Positions 23,050 to 36,500 are shown, counted from the first letter of the whole stretch. The stretch is 55,382 nt of DNA, filler included, from Sphacelaria rigidula (GCA_964200075.2; 5 parts of 5 records of this genome joined end to end with filler, not necessarily neighbours in it), one strand, 5' to 3'. Notes: generated by a model not told the origin, from the sequence alone. Numbers and translations: made by a program.

Positions 23050-24284
23050 GTATCTGTCACTCTCGCAGCTGTTATTTGTGGTGGTGGTTTTGCTTGTTTA
23101 TGGTCATCGTTCTCTACCCTTTTGGAACCGCTGACGGAAAAATGACAATCTGCAATTGACAATTTCTTGGGCAAGATATTGTTATTTTTCTCCAAGTGTT
23201 GATGGTGCAGCCCAAGAAAACGGTGCACCACTCTCTAACTTCAAGTATAATAATGTGACAGGTGCGTGCACCGAACTCCAAGTGACGTTTCCCCGGTGAT
23301 GAAAGCTCGCATACGGGAGTTTATACTGCTTTTGAGCCGCTTCGAACCGGCAGGATCTTACAACTTCAATCGTGATTGATTCTTCTTGTACGGGTATACC
23401 CCACAGCATACAAGTTTTTACAAAATACTAATCTGAAGTGATTTGTTGAGAAAGGCCAATGCGGGTTTCGGGAGGGGGGGGGAGGGGCATAAGGGCTTGA
23501 GAAGGCGTTTATTTTTCAGCTGTCAACCATGAATTATCCGCTACTGTACCGTACGCCACGGCGGTCAGAGTTGTGTGTGTGTGTGTGTTTTTTTTAGTGA
23601 CACTTTTTCAATCGCTCCCCTTCGTCGGGAAGAGTTGAATGAATCTCTCTGCGCTAGTTTTTCGGAGGATGTTGCTGTTTGGGACAAGAACTAGCAGTTG
23701 AAGGAATTATCCGCGGGGATGAATTGTGGTTTCAGGCTCGTATTATCAAAAAGTCTTTGATTGTCCACGGGCTGCGATATTGCTGATTTAATGATGGTTG
23801 ATGGTGGAGTCCAAGGCAGGTACTGGGGGTGACATGAGTTTATCCGTGACGTCTTGAGAGGAGCTCATCATGAGACGAGAGAAGCGAGGCTCGCGGGGGA
23901 GGATGTGAAAATTAATAACACGGAGGAGATTTGTTCAGCACAAAACATGAACGAATGTGTGGGTTACCATATTATTCGGGTCGCCGCGTGCTCCCGCCCT
24001 GAGCTTTTGCTCTTCTCTGTATCTCCGAAATTGAATCAAATATGGAACGAACACGTGCTTTTTGTTGGTGGTGGGGTGCGTGCTTTGTGGGCGGAGGAGA
24101 GGGGGGTGAAGTCGCGTACCACCCCCTGTGCAGCCCTTGGTTTTGCGCAATCAAGCCGCCTTGCCGCCCCCCTTATCGTGGGACCATGAGCAACTTGACC
24201 TTGCCATTTGTAAACCCGTTCCCCTCTCCGTCCTTCCCTACCTTCGCACCTGCTCCTTGAGGGGTTGCTTATGTCGCCTCGCAG

Positions 24285-24365
24285 GACATCGAAATGATGA
24301 CCAACTCTGTGGAAAAAGAGCGCAAGAACGTGGAGCGAGGCGTCGGTGGCCGTGAGCGTAAGCTG
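24285..24365 (+). CDS. OLA1: OLA1/YchF internal exon (coiled-coil)
   Basis: gcag|DIEMMTNSVEKERKNVERGVGGRERKL|gtacgt, phase 0 at both ends. Confidence 0.88.
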
Positions 24366-24742
24366 GTACGTAACGCCACTAGGGGGCGGTCGGGGGTGTA
24401 CTCATGATCATGCAGGGCGGTGTGGGGAGGGGCACTAGCAGTCAGGGCGTGGGGAAGGCGGATGCTGATGTTATACAAATCCGGAAAACAAAATTCTTGG
24501 AGGCGTGCTTGAGGGATGGCCGAATGTTTCCCATCTCACAAATGTATTGAAACAGAGGGAAGATGCTGGATGTCAGCCAAAAATAAAACGGTTTTTGGAC
24601 ACGTGTGTGTACTTTGTGCTTTGTTCACGGAGAAGAGCCACAACGAGGTTTCCCCTTGAAGAGTCGGAAGAATAGTGAGATGAGTCATGGCGAGGTATCT
24701 CCGTGAAGAGGCTGAAGAATATTGGGCGTGCAAGAAATTTTG

Positions 24743-26203
24743 CATAGGTCGGACGAGCACTCGTGGCACTCGCACTCGTTGGGCTGCTCGTTGGCCGTAA
24801 AAATGAATAGAGCGAGCACTCGAGTCATTACTCGTTGTGGAAAAAAATAATAGGGCAAGCACTCGAGTCATTGCTCGTTGTGGAAAAAAATAAAAGGGCG
24901 AGCACTCGAGTCATTGCTCGTTGTGGAAACAAACTAATAGGAAGAGCACTCGAGTCGTTGCTCGTTGTGGAAAAAATCAACCCCTGTGGGACCGGGCCCC
25001 CAGAACGACCAATGAGGCTGGTTAGGAATGACGTGTCTGACGTCTGCACAAAACAGTGGCATGTTGCTGAAAATCCGCGGATGTACCCGCGGAGTTACAA
25101 GGAAGACCGGAAGGTTAATCCAATCTATCTTCAGGCGCAGGGTGCGCATTAGGTAATGTACATCTGATGTAGCGAGAAGTATGGGTCGCGGTAGAGAGCT
25201 TTCAACAGGATGCGGCGACCGGCGAGTCGTCCGCCACTCATGGCCTTGGATGATAATGATGTTCCCATCACCTTGCCACACAGCCCTTCGTGGTCGGGTT
25301 GGGCTGCCATTCCCCTCTTTGTTGCATGCAGCCAAATTCTCTTCAAAGGGTATGGGCGTTGCGGCGCACATACATACAGTACAGCGCAGTAAAGTAAGTG
25401 CAGTACGCTTCTCCGACTGCAGCAGCAGCTGCCGCTGCATACTCCCTTGCACGTTTTGGGTAGTTCTCAGCGACGGAGATCAGCTGTCTATACACAGCTT
25501 GTTCATCCCCGCCCACTACATACATGTTCACAGTGTTCTGCAGGTCATCGGCAGAGGGATAAGCAGAAGAATTCTTGACGGCAACTCCTTTTGTCTTTCC
25601 ACGGCCCACCTGGGTTTAGTGCCCCGTGAAAATGATCACTTTGTGGCATGTACGCTCCTTCCCGGTTTTCCCACTCCACCCTGTGTTGATGTAATTACGT
25701 TTTAGTATAAGCTGGCGACCCCAAAAAACTCCTGGAAAACTCCGGTAACGCTATACTGAGCGAAAGTAATACGATAAGCCATGCTCCGAACACCGTGGCT
25801 TTCGAAAGTTGGGAAGGCTTATCTGGGCCAGGGATAGGGCCCCCACACTATCTTTCTAGTGACATCACACTCGGCAATAGTCCCCGCGCTGGTCGTTCGG
25901 GTCTGTCGATAAATTTCGCCTCGCCATGATTGGGCAGGTCGCGTCCTGACTTATTTTTTATTATTTCACGAAGACATGGTCAACCTCGTGTTGGTGGGGG
26001 GTCGGTCCCATGCAAAAGGATCAGTAGGGCGAGCACTCGAGTCATTGCTCGTTGTGGAAAAATATTCAATAGAACGAGCGCTCGAGTCATTGCTCGTTGT
26101 AAAAAGAAGTAATGACTCGAGCACACGAGTCATGCTCGTTGTCTTTTCAAAAAACATCCACGAGTGCACTCGTTTCGATGAGTAAGGACTCGTCCGACAT
26201 GTG
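24743..26203. mobile_element. 1.46-kb non-autonomous TIR DNA transposon (hAT or P superfamily) in an OLA1 intron
   Basis: TIRs CATAGGTCGGACGAG / CTCGTCCGACATGTG (13/15). Perfect 8-bp TSD AAATTTTG at 24735-24742 and 26204-26211. Subterminal repeats gagcactcgagtcattgctcgttgtggaaa at both ends. Confidence 0.9.
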
Positions 26204-26496
26204 AAATTTTGTCTTATCCTTTCATTATTTAATTCAATGAAGTTTTACATCCAGTATATATGTAAATATATATTTCTATTCGTCAGCACATTGCTTCTGC
26301 ATGTTTACTTTCTTCACTATAATGGGGTGTTCCGAAACAAGAGTGCCAATATTTGTAGTAGCACAACAGTTAACCCTGGTGGGGTTTACTTTTTTTTCAT
26401 GTGTGAGTCGTGTTCTCTTGTCTCCGTTCCTTTGCTTCGTTTTTATCTTGTTTGTTGTTGTCATTGTTGTTGTTGCTGCTGCTCCTGTCGCGACAG

Positions 26497-26586
26497 GAAT
26501 GGGAGTCTGAAGTGAAGATTCTAGAGTTCTTGACCACCACCAGGAAACCCGTGCGAAAGGGTACCTGGACGGCGCATGACATAGAG
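26497..26586 (+). CDS. OLA1: OLA1/YchF internal exon
   Basis: acag|EWESEVKILEFLTTTRKPVRKGTWTAHDIE|gtgaga. Confidence 0.88.
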
Positions 26587-26724
26587 GTGAGAAATACCGC
26601 CGATTGCTACCCGTGTTCATGTTGTAGTCTTCGTAGTGGTTGTTGTTGTTGCTGTTGCTACTGCTGCTGCTCATGTTGTCTTTGGCCACCTGGGAACTAG
26701 ACCCCCACGACGTGCTGGTTTTTG

Positions 26725-27201
26725 CGAGATTGTATTCTGTAGGGTGCAGCTTCCTGTATACCTGGGGTATTTTGTCGGGTGTTTACCGTACCCGACAGGT
26801 CTGTGACTTCTGTAAGACTTTCATATAGGTACCCGATGGCTGTGTGACTTCTGTAAGACTCCCGTACCGTTTCCGGGGGGTACGGTTACGCTCTTGATGA
26901 GATACTCAATTGCGGGTACGGTTTTCTGTGCAACCTCCATATCCTACCCGACAGTTTCTGTCAGCTCTGTGAGCCTCCTCTACCCTTGCGCGAGAGTTAT
27001 GTGAGTTCCGTAGAGAATGCGTACCCGTACCCGGAGCGCGGGTATGCTCTTGAAGAAATACCCGATTTCCGGTACGGTTTTTCTAAAAGCCTCCCATGTC
27101 GTACCCGATAAGTTCTGTAAGTTCTGTAAGACTTTCAAACCGGTACCCGATATTTCTTGAAGTTCTGTAATAAATCTTCTACTCTTCAGAACACAACCTT
27201 G
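26725..27201. mobile_element. MITE of the CAAGGTTGTGTTCTG-TIR family, long copy with internal gtacccg/ttctgtaag repeats
   Basis: Ends cgagattgtattctgtaggg ... cagaacacaaccttg. Internal sequence is the reverse complement of the 27286 copy. Confidence 0.75.
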
Positions 27202-27285
27202 GTTTCTTTATGTGAGTCGGCGTCATTTTCAGTCATTGTAAGGTCACAATGATGCCGATTCACAAAATTTCACGAAACAAAAATT

Positions 27286-27468
27286 CAAGGTTGTGTTCTG
27301 TAAGGTACGGGTACGTTCTGTAGGGTATGAAACTCCGTAGAGAGTTTACAGAACTGTCGGGTACCGGTATGAAAGTCTTACAGAAGTCACAGGACTGTCG
27401 GGTACGGTACATACCCGGAAAAATACCCCGGGTATACAGAAAACCGTACCTTACAGAACACAACCTTG
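27286..27468. mobile_element. 183-bp MITE with long perfect TIRs
   Basis: CAAGGTTGTGTTCTGTAAGGTACGG ... CCGTACCTTACAGAACACAACCTTG. A decayed relative ends at ~31288 (cctacataacacagccttg). Confidence 0.88.
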
Positions 27469-27634
27469 TGAAAATCAACAGTATAGTTCCCAAAGGATTC
27501 TTTTCCACGATGAAGATGGTTGTCGCCGAGACATGGAAGATTGTGGAGGGTCGCTTTTTTGTTTTTGCCCGTGCTCTCATAAAGTCTTTCGTACGGTCGA
27601 CTGCATCACGCGTGCGCGCCAGAAAAAATATATA

Positions 27635-27980
27635 TGCCCCAATGTGGCCCAGTGAGTTCGACTCTCGGTGAAGTCACACGACCTGGGATTTTTCTCACAT
27701 CATGCCCAACGGCGGAGAGCGACTATGCCTTGCGTACACAAAGTTCGACTTCACGGTCGACGAGGGAGAGGGGGTGCTGAACCCCTCTCGCGATAAAAAG
27801 AAGGGCGAGCACCGCAGAAGGATGGTGAAGTACTTGAGCAAAATAGTTTCAAGAACTCCTGTGTTGATCTTCCTCGTGTGTGACCCCGGCTAATGATGCG
27901 CCAACACATACCGAAAGGGGTAGACTGGCCATGCAGAGAAGACACGCGCGCGCTCACACACACACACACACACACACACC
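27635..27980 (+). mobile_element. tRNA-derived SINE related to family A, with (CA)n tail
   Basis: B-box-like GAGTTCGACTC followed by ctgggatttttctcacatcatgcccaacggcggagagcgactatg, which matches the 10500-10826 element. Ends in (CA)n. Confidence 0.6.
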
Positions 27981-28239
27981 GTAGCTTGGTTGAGATACTC
28001 CGTCTGCTGCTACTTTTTTGTCGAGTGGATTGGTGCATATAGGGGGTAGTTAGGGAGCATTTGGGAGGGCGGTAATACGAGTCGATGAAGAAATAGTTGG
28101 CACTACACAGTGCCTTAACGTCCTGTGTTACGTGGAAGCAAGTGATCCCTGTATGTGTATGTCTATGTGTATTGGTACGACACGCGACAAAAGTGTACCC
28201 GACGTGACGCTCGGACAAAAACAAAACAAAACGAAACAG

Positions 28240-28410
28240 GTGCTGAACAAGATGCAATTACTTACGGCGAAGGAGATCGTGTACCTCGTCAACCTTTCCA
28301 AGCGAGACTACCTACGCAAGGCCAACAAATGGTTGCCCAAGGTCCAGGCCAAGGTGGAGGAGCTGGGCGGGGGGCAGATGATCCCGTTCAGCGTAGAGTT
28401 CGAGCAAGAG
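28240..28410 (+). CDS. OLA1: OLA1/YchF internal exon (G4 region)
   Basis: acag|VLNKMQLLTAKEIVYLVNLSKRDYLRKANKWLPKVQAKVEELGGGQMIPFSVEFEQE|gtgtgt. Confidence 0.95.
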
Positions 28411-30137
28411 GTGTGTGTGTATGAGTAGTGTTGTTTTTTATGGGGAGCACCGCGATCTTAGTCTCTCGACCATACTACCGTTTTTCTGGAGTTAGTGTGG
28501 TGGTGGTGGTGGTGGTGGTGAAGGCGAACTTGGTCTTTTTGCTCGTCTAGTGATTCCCCATCTTGTTGTGACAGACATGGTGTATGTGATCGTCGGAAGC
28601 ATGCCGTACGGCATTGATGGAGTGCTGTGTCCTGCAGCCCAAGTACCTCATCTAGTAAGAAAGGCACGGGGTGCACGAGAGTTGTGCAACACACCAGGGT
28701 GACGAAATCTTTCATCCCACTCTTGATATCTGTTCCTGTTTCTGTCTGTTTTTATGTCTTTTGTCTCCGTTTCTGTCTCGGTGTCTGTGGTGTGCGAGGG
28801 TGTTCTACGACAGTCAGTTCTGTCGGGGCTTTTTCTTGCGAGAACCCTTTGTTGTTGTTCACACGCATGGTCTCCTGTGCCGTTGACGTTTTGAAGTACA
28901 AGGGTAAAACTGAAGGAAATATGAGATAGCGAAAAGAAGGCCCATCCGTTTCATTTCTTGGCAAAAGTAGTGCGTGCACACAAGAAATGAACGAGATCAG
29001 GGGCAAACCAAGTGAAAACTGTGTGTACCGACACATTGGATTCTGTAATATATGCTGGTGTATATCTTGTGGGACCGGGAGTAGAAGTTTGTATAGTCTT
29101 GGCCTAGCCTACAGTAGCGTTTTCTTATTTTTTGTTTGCAGTTTACTTCGTTGTACCTCTCTCTCTCCCCAGCCCACCCACCCTTGATGCGACTCGCTGA
29201 ACACATCACGGCGCTTCGCGCTTGGTCCTTGACTGTGAGCCTTGTCCGGCGAAAACCCGGCGTGCTCCGTCCCGACTTTGTAGGGATGCGAGGTCAATGG
29301 TCATACGACTACGACATGCAAGATAATGAGAACCCCCTACCCACCCTTCTTTTCGTGAAGTCCCTTTAGCGAGTGTTACCATCATTTTACCTCGGGTAGA
29401 ATACGTCTCTCATGTGACCCCGGCTGAGTTTGTAGCGCATCGCACAATAAACGAGAAAACGTTGATCAAGTGCAGCCGCGGCATTCCTCTCGCTTCTCCT
29501 TCGTGGGAGTGTGATATCCAGCATGTGATCGAGCGGCGCGACCAGGCTCTTTGTTCTTGTACAAGGTAGGCACCTTAAACCGTGTTGTGGCGTAATTCAT
29601 GGACTGTACGTACGGCAAGAAATACATCCCGTCTAGCACGCCTTGTTTTGGCATATTTTTTTCCCCGCCAAGCAGTGAAGTGACAGTAGGAAGTAGCATG
29701 GGTTATAGGTCACACGTCGTTGGCCTCAAGCCGGCAATAGGGAGTTCGAGTGGCCAAAGGGTTCGGAATGAAAACAGTGGTGCTGGGCCTTGACACCAGC
29801 TCCAGCTACAAGCTTTACTTCATCAACCAACTCTCCGACCAAACTCGATTCCCAAAGCATGTGGAACTCGTCGCTCTCGGTTGTCATACTCCGAATCATG
29901 GTTTTGCTCATCTCCACATTTCAAGAACGAGTTTCAAGGTTATGTGTGAGGTCCAGCGTGACGAAATGGCTCGCCTATCATAAACTACTCAACATGTAAT
30001 CGATTCATGCCAACCCTCCTCTAACTTCCCCCTTCTCTGCCCTCTCCCTTCCTCCAAACTCATGTCATGTGTGCGGGGTGGGGCGGGGGGAATTCTGACG
30101 ATGACTAATGGATGAACCATCAACCAACAATGAACAG

Positions 30138-30327
30138 TGGTTGGACAATGATATCGGGGGCACTCTTGATGCCTACAAGGAGGCCAACCCAACGCACAAG
30201 TCCATGATGGTGCGCATTCTTAAGGCGGGGTACCACGCTCTCCAACTTATACACTACTTCACGTCGGGGTCAGACGAGGTTCGAGGATGGACCATCAAAG
30301 ATGGTTGGCTTGCCCCGCAAGCGGCGG
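30138..30327 (+). CDS. OLA1: OLA1/YchF internal exon (start of TGS domain)
   Basis: acag|WLDND...[38 protein letters not shown]|gtgaga. The following exon is not seen before the linker. Confidence 0.95.
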
Positions 30328-32024
30328 GTGAGATATGGCAACGGGGGAAGGAGGGGGGGGGGAGGGTGTACTCATGATCATGCATGTCGTAGTCATGAAA
30401 CCACTGAGGAGCGCGGGGGGGGCGTACTTATTTTTTGCTTGCGTTATAATAGTTGTTTGACCACTGGCCACGCATCCCCTTTGAGACGGACCACCCTTCG
30501 TACTCCTAATAGAGACACCTTCAACATTTCGATGCTCATAACGTTTTTTCCATGCACGGCACAATAAACCTTTTACATACAGTATCCTATCCCCGTCCTG
30601 TTTCGCCGTCTGTTGTCATCATCTATCTCCTAGTATTACCATCGTTTTCTCCCTACTGTCTAGTGCATCAAACGATTTTATGCACAGTTCAAATTCTGCA
30701 ACTACATGCATTCTGCTCTCTATTGCTTTGCCACAGGAGCAGTTCTGTGCATCTACTTCGAAGGAGGTGGGGGGGAAGAGGGGGGGGGCTTCGTTGATCA
30801 CATGGGAAAGCGCCAAGTGTTGTTCCCTTGGTGGCACAACCGCGCGTCGATTTTTCAAGGCTAGGTCAAGTTAGGGGTGCTGCTCTTTCTAAATCTGTAT
30901 CGATATCGATATCGATCACCAATGCATTCCTCACGTACCCTCGAGTTATTGTTAGTGCGAGTATCCTGTAGAGTACCCCCTTTGCAGCATGATGACTGCA
31001 ACTGTGTAGGGTATACGGGCCGATTTTGGGGTATTTACAGAGGTATAAAAGAGTTTTTTCCTGTCTCGGGAAGTACCCTTCCTAACCGTAACGGAGTGCC
31101 CGGAGCGGAGCTCGATAGCCTGTCGGGCCGTACCGGAATGTTCGAGACTCATTGCGGTATGGTTTAAACAGAGATCGATAACCTGCCGAGCCATACCGGA
31201 GTGTTCGAGACTCATTCCGGTATTGTTTAGTATCCCAACCAACATCCCATACCTCCGGGTACTGTTCACCCTACATAACACAGCCTTGGATTTTCAACTA
31301 AGTAGGCGCAACAGACTATACTTAACGCAAAAATGTGTGTAGCCGTTTTAGCTCGACATTTGTAGCCCCACCACAAGGACAATATATATTCCCCCATCTG
31401 ACGGTGCGACCAACCAGTTGTGCCGCGCGTTGTAAGGGTTACCATGGCCTCTGCAGACGCTTATTATTTGCTGAGCATGACTAGTGGCGAGAACGGGAGG
31501 CGGAAGGCGCACCGTGGGCGCTGGACCGGCAATATATGTACTAAATATGTCCTGCAGGAGCTTCTGCCGTGTGTTGTCTTGTGTATGTATGTATACACTA
31601 GATCTACGTTTTGAATTTTTGCCTGTGCTATGTGTCCTGCCATCAGCAGCTTCTTCCGTGTGTTGTCTTGTGCACGTATGTACATACTGCAGTACCGTAC
31701 AGTGCTGCATACATTTTTTTTCTTTCTCACCGCAGCAGCTCACTCAAATCACTGACTTGCTGTTGCTGCACGCACATCTGCTGTGCAGCATTGCAGATGC
31801 TTCTTGAGGTCCCATGTTGGGGGGCGTGATTTGCGTAGGGCGACGAGGGTACGTGGCGGGTAAAGAGAGAGTACGCATCGTGTGTTGACATGATATCGGT
31901 TGGCTCTGTGAAACAAAGCAGACATTCCAGTGTGCAGTTCAGTGCACTGAAAAGTGGAGACACCCAAACACCGGTGTTGTTGCACGCTAGCACCCGTCAG
32001 TTTTTGGGCCGCGTCACACCACGC

Positions 32025-32225
32025 GTGGCCATTGAGCGCATGATAGCTGCTTTCAGACTACATGAAGCGCCTCATATGGGCGACATTGGCGAAAATGATG
32101 GCCGATCGTGGGAGTTACCCAGCTGCTCGGTGTCCTCGGCTTTATGTCATTTTGATCCGCCTGTACGCTTTGGCTTCTCACTTAAACCATCTACTTTTTC
32201 TGGGGTAGGGATGCTGTCGTGGCGT
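32025..32225 (+). repeat. dispersed repeat, copy 2 (see 1190-1385)
   Basis: Direct alignment by eye with 1190-1385. Confidence 0.75.
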
Positions 32226-33191
32226 CACTCGATGGCTGCAGTGTTCTCCCGTAAAATGTCCCGCTCGCGCACGTGGCCAGGTAGACCGTGATATGCACGT
32301 GCAGTAGTTTTCCCGTAACTGCCCCTTGACCGCAGATGCATCTTTTCGAGGGAAAAGTAAAAATTGACCACGTTATGGCCCATCAATCATGACCAGTTAT
32401 CTTGCCTGCTGCCGACGTACGTGCGTGTTGGCATGCTTCCTCCCCCACCCCCCGGTCCGCACAACCGAGCGATCTGTACGGTGCACTTTTCTGCACATGA
32501 TGAACCTATATACCTTCCCCCTCAAGTCTCACGTTCGGTCTGCATGTATATGATCCATGATATCTGCATAACAGTTTTCCTGTTCTCTCTCCTCGCACGT
32601 GGTCCGCCCTTGAACTGCATTTAAGGCATTGCTTGCCGCAGGAAGATTGCTGATATACCGACTGTACACGAAATTTGCGCTTGTGTGATGGTTCGTATCG
32701 TGTTGTCCCGTGGCACACGTGAACTGTCAGCTTTTGAAGAACTAGCGAAGATATTTGTTGCATCATGTGCTCGAAAATCGTTCCTGAGATTTTGGTTCAG
32801 GTTGTGGCCGGACGAGAATGAAGAATGCCCATTTTGACAGGACGTGCTGTAGTTGTTGATGGTGTTTTGCCAGTGTACCCTGGTGCTTTGCGACAGGCCT
32901 CACTGTACGATCCTCGCCTGCTCGAGGTGCGGTTCTGTCGTGGCATGTTTTTGCGTCGATTGTAATCTAGTGACCGAACCCCCCGGTAGTGCTTACCGCT
33001 TGGTCGATGAGCATTTTATCGGAATTTTATTCACTTGATGCGATCATGAAACCACCGATATTTTCGAATATTTAGTGGGGCCAACAGTCCCAAGTGCTCC
33101 TAGCGTACGCAGAGCGCGTTTTTGTCACAATTGGTTAGCGTTAGTCCGAAATAATATATCCCCGAGAAATTTCTTTGAAGAGTCAATCGGT

Positions 33192-33291
33192 NNNNNNNNN
33201 NNNNNNNNNNNNNNNNNNNNNNNNNNNNNNNNNNNTTAATTAATTAANNNNNNNNNNNNNNNNNNNNNNNNNNNNNNNNNNNNNNNNNNNN
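33192..33291. other. artificial linker
   Basis: N44-TTAATTAATTAA-N44. Confidence 0.98.
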
Positions 33292-33521
33292 AGGCGTATA
33301 CTTTATGCAGTACATTTTTTGCCTATTGCAACTATTAAGCATATATTGTCTAAGGTGTGGATAGTTCGAAACTGCAGCCAGACGACGTAAGCAGGCTCCG
33401 CCGGACCGGCCACCTGGCCGGTTGAATCAGAGCAATTTTGTACGCACAAGCAGCGGGATGTTGTACAATAGTATCCTAGATGATCCGAACCGACAGCAAT
33501 TTTGTTCTGTGAACGGTCCAG

Positions 33522-36500
33522 GGGGGATTCCTGAACCTAGGTGGCTCTATCGGATTGATCTTGCTCGATACCCTCTGGCAAAGGGTGAGGTGGGATGGAG
33601 GGATATCTGCTTCCGGCCGGGGAACATCGGAAAACATAGAGTCAACGGGAGATGAATCATCGCAACGAACGCGGCTAATTTCGCCGCGGGTGTGGGACTG
33701 TCTAGATTTGGAACTGAGCCGCGACTCGGAACTCCGGCTGTTGGTGGTATTCGTGAGGGTGAGTCGCAGACAAGAGAAAAACATGCGTGCAGAGATGCTC
33801 TTCCGGCAGAGGAAATTCCTCCCGGAAGCACTGTCACTCGAGCTCGGAAATGGTTTGTCCAACCATTATCCAGTTGAATGGTTACGCGTAGCGCACTCAT
33901 GAACCAGTTAAATAGTACACAAATGTTTCGGTCATCGAGCGGCGCAGCCGCGAGCCAAAACGCTCCCCCCGGCAAAGGGGGAGGCCCGCTGGAGGTGCCG
34001 TGCCGGAGGCACGTTTGGACGCGCATTGGCTTCACTAGAGCAAACGAATACGTCAATTTTGGGCCAATTTCAAGGGCTGTATGTAGCATATACAGCCGGT
34101 AACGGCTTATGAAGCTGGTAACGATGAATAATGGTTTGAAACCATTATCCATTTTTTTTCACGTAACCATTACCATTATTACCATTAAAATGATAATGAC
34201 CAGTTACAACTGGTACCATTGCCGAGTTCTAACAACCACTGCTGAGAAACGATGCGGGGATGGTGACCGCAGTGCACATGCACTCTACAGTGGTCGGTCG
34301 GAAGCAGACTGATGCGATCTTTCTTCGTGGCATTCATTTGGAAGCTAGCCAGCGAGTGTGCTTGCGAGGTTGTTGAGGGTTGATTCATCAGCCGTTGCTT
34401 GCCGCAGTATTCCCAGGCGAGATTTCCCAGAATTTTGCGCCTGTAATACACACGTACACAAGAGACGTGCACGTTGTACATACCTCCCTTGTTCAGACAG
34501 AGCCAACCGCTTCTTCCATTCGGCACATTGTCAAATATGCATCAAAAACGTAGTTACCCGTTGTAGGGAAATTTAACGCCGGTCGCGGAGCAGCTGGCGA
34601 CTTTGACCCATGGATCTCAGCTGAGGAGGTTGTTCGTGTCGATGAAAAAGGGACGGAGGTGACATCAAGCACAAGCGTAGATTCTCATCCCTCGGACGAC
34701 AGAATACGTCTGCTGGATCGTCTTTTTGCTTGGAAAAGTGGAGAAGTGTGGAGAGAGGTCCTCTTGGTTTGTGGTGCATGTACGGTTCCGGGAGGGACGC
34801 AGGGGGCCTTGTGCTCGGCCTGTGAGTTAGAGGTGAGAGATCTGTATACATACGTACGGTTTGTATAATATTACATATATTTGTGCTCCGATCGCAGCAG
34901 TCCGTGGCTGGATTTGCTGGGAAGGTTTCTGATTGGAAAAATCGGTCTGGGTCGTTGACGATTGTATGTAAATATAGGGGGTATGACATAAAAGCAGCTC
35001 TATGCCGTACCCTCTGGTGAATATAAGTGCCAATCGGCGAGCGAGTGATTGCTCACATACTTATAGGTACCCTGGACTGCTCTCGAGCGGCAGCCAGGTG
35101 CACGAACACGCCCGCCCACCAGGTAGCAACAGACAACGTATGTACTCCACTTGCCCTTCAACCCTCTGCCCCAACGCAGATATTGGATTCCAAGCGCCCG
35201 GAGTGCTCCATTCGCCAGGTGATCACGGGTCCCGTCACCGACAACCCCGGCCCGGGCCTGGTGGACACCCTTGAGGAGCGAACATCCATCCCGGTTGTCT
35301 CGCCAGGCTCGACCGACGAAGACTGGCGCTTCGCCTACCGACTAGCATCTGCGGCGGCCGACGATATGTCGGCGAACAGCGATGAAAAAGATGACGAGTC
35401 AGATGATGATATTGCTACCAAAAGCACACCCGGTGTTGCACGGCAGCAGGAAGTAGTGACGTCCTCTTCCGATGCTAGAAGTAGGCTACCCGTCGCGACT
35501 GGCGCTTCAGATATCCCACCTGCTGTAGGGACAGCACCTGCAAAGACCGAGGTTAAACGGTCACTTGAAGGAGAAAATGTAAAGAAGGCCCCCGGTTGGG
35601 AAAGCAAAGCTGTCACCGCCAACAACCAAAATGTCTCTTCCCACGCAGCGGCAGTGACTCCAGAAGAAGCAAGTCTTCAACAACCCGTGTCCGCAAGCCG
35701 AGAACGCAGCTATATTGAAGTAATGCTCGACGCCGGAATGTCCCCCGCTGCGGCCGCTGCGGCTGGTCGGGATCCCGCGGAGAGCGCATGGGGCTTGTGT
35801 GCGTCGGCCGTCGCCAAAGCCGTGACTGTTCCATTTGTCGGTGTCACTGTGGTGTTGGGGCCTGTGATAGGCAGAGTGACGCAAGGGTCGGCAGTCGTCC
35901 TGGTGGAAGTTGGGAGCAAGGCTCCGGTGGCGTGCGTTTTGATGGACGGGGTGTCAGGGGGTCAGCATCGACAGGTGTGACGAGAGGAAAGTACACACGC
36001 GTGGGTTGTGAATGTGTATGAGGATGAACGTATATGTGGATGATTGTGAAACTGCGTAGGGTATTTATACATGATACTTCCACGGTATGGTACTGCTGCT
36101 GTTTTCTGCCCTAGCGTGCTCCCCGTTACGCTTCCCTCCGCGAACGTTTGACATATTTATGGTGTACGTGCTACGCGGAGTCTGTGTTCATTCCGTCGCT
36201 TCCTCTGCCGCGAGCTCAATTGTCATTCCCTCTCTTTTCGATATTTCGCACATCTTGACTGTTGTGAACGCACGGGATCAGATGCGCATGCTGTACCCCG
36301 GGAGACCCCACGCCTTTTTTTTCGATACGTTGGAAGAGAACCGATATTACACGGTCACCCTGGACGGAGTCGAGAATGGAGATGCGCGAACGGGTGCCTT
36401 CACCACGCTCAAGGTTTGCATATATTGAATGAGATATTTTCATAGGGATGCAGAAAACGCTCGTGAAGCGATCCCTTGAAACAATGGGGGTTTTTCACTT

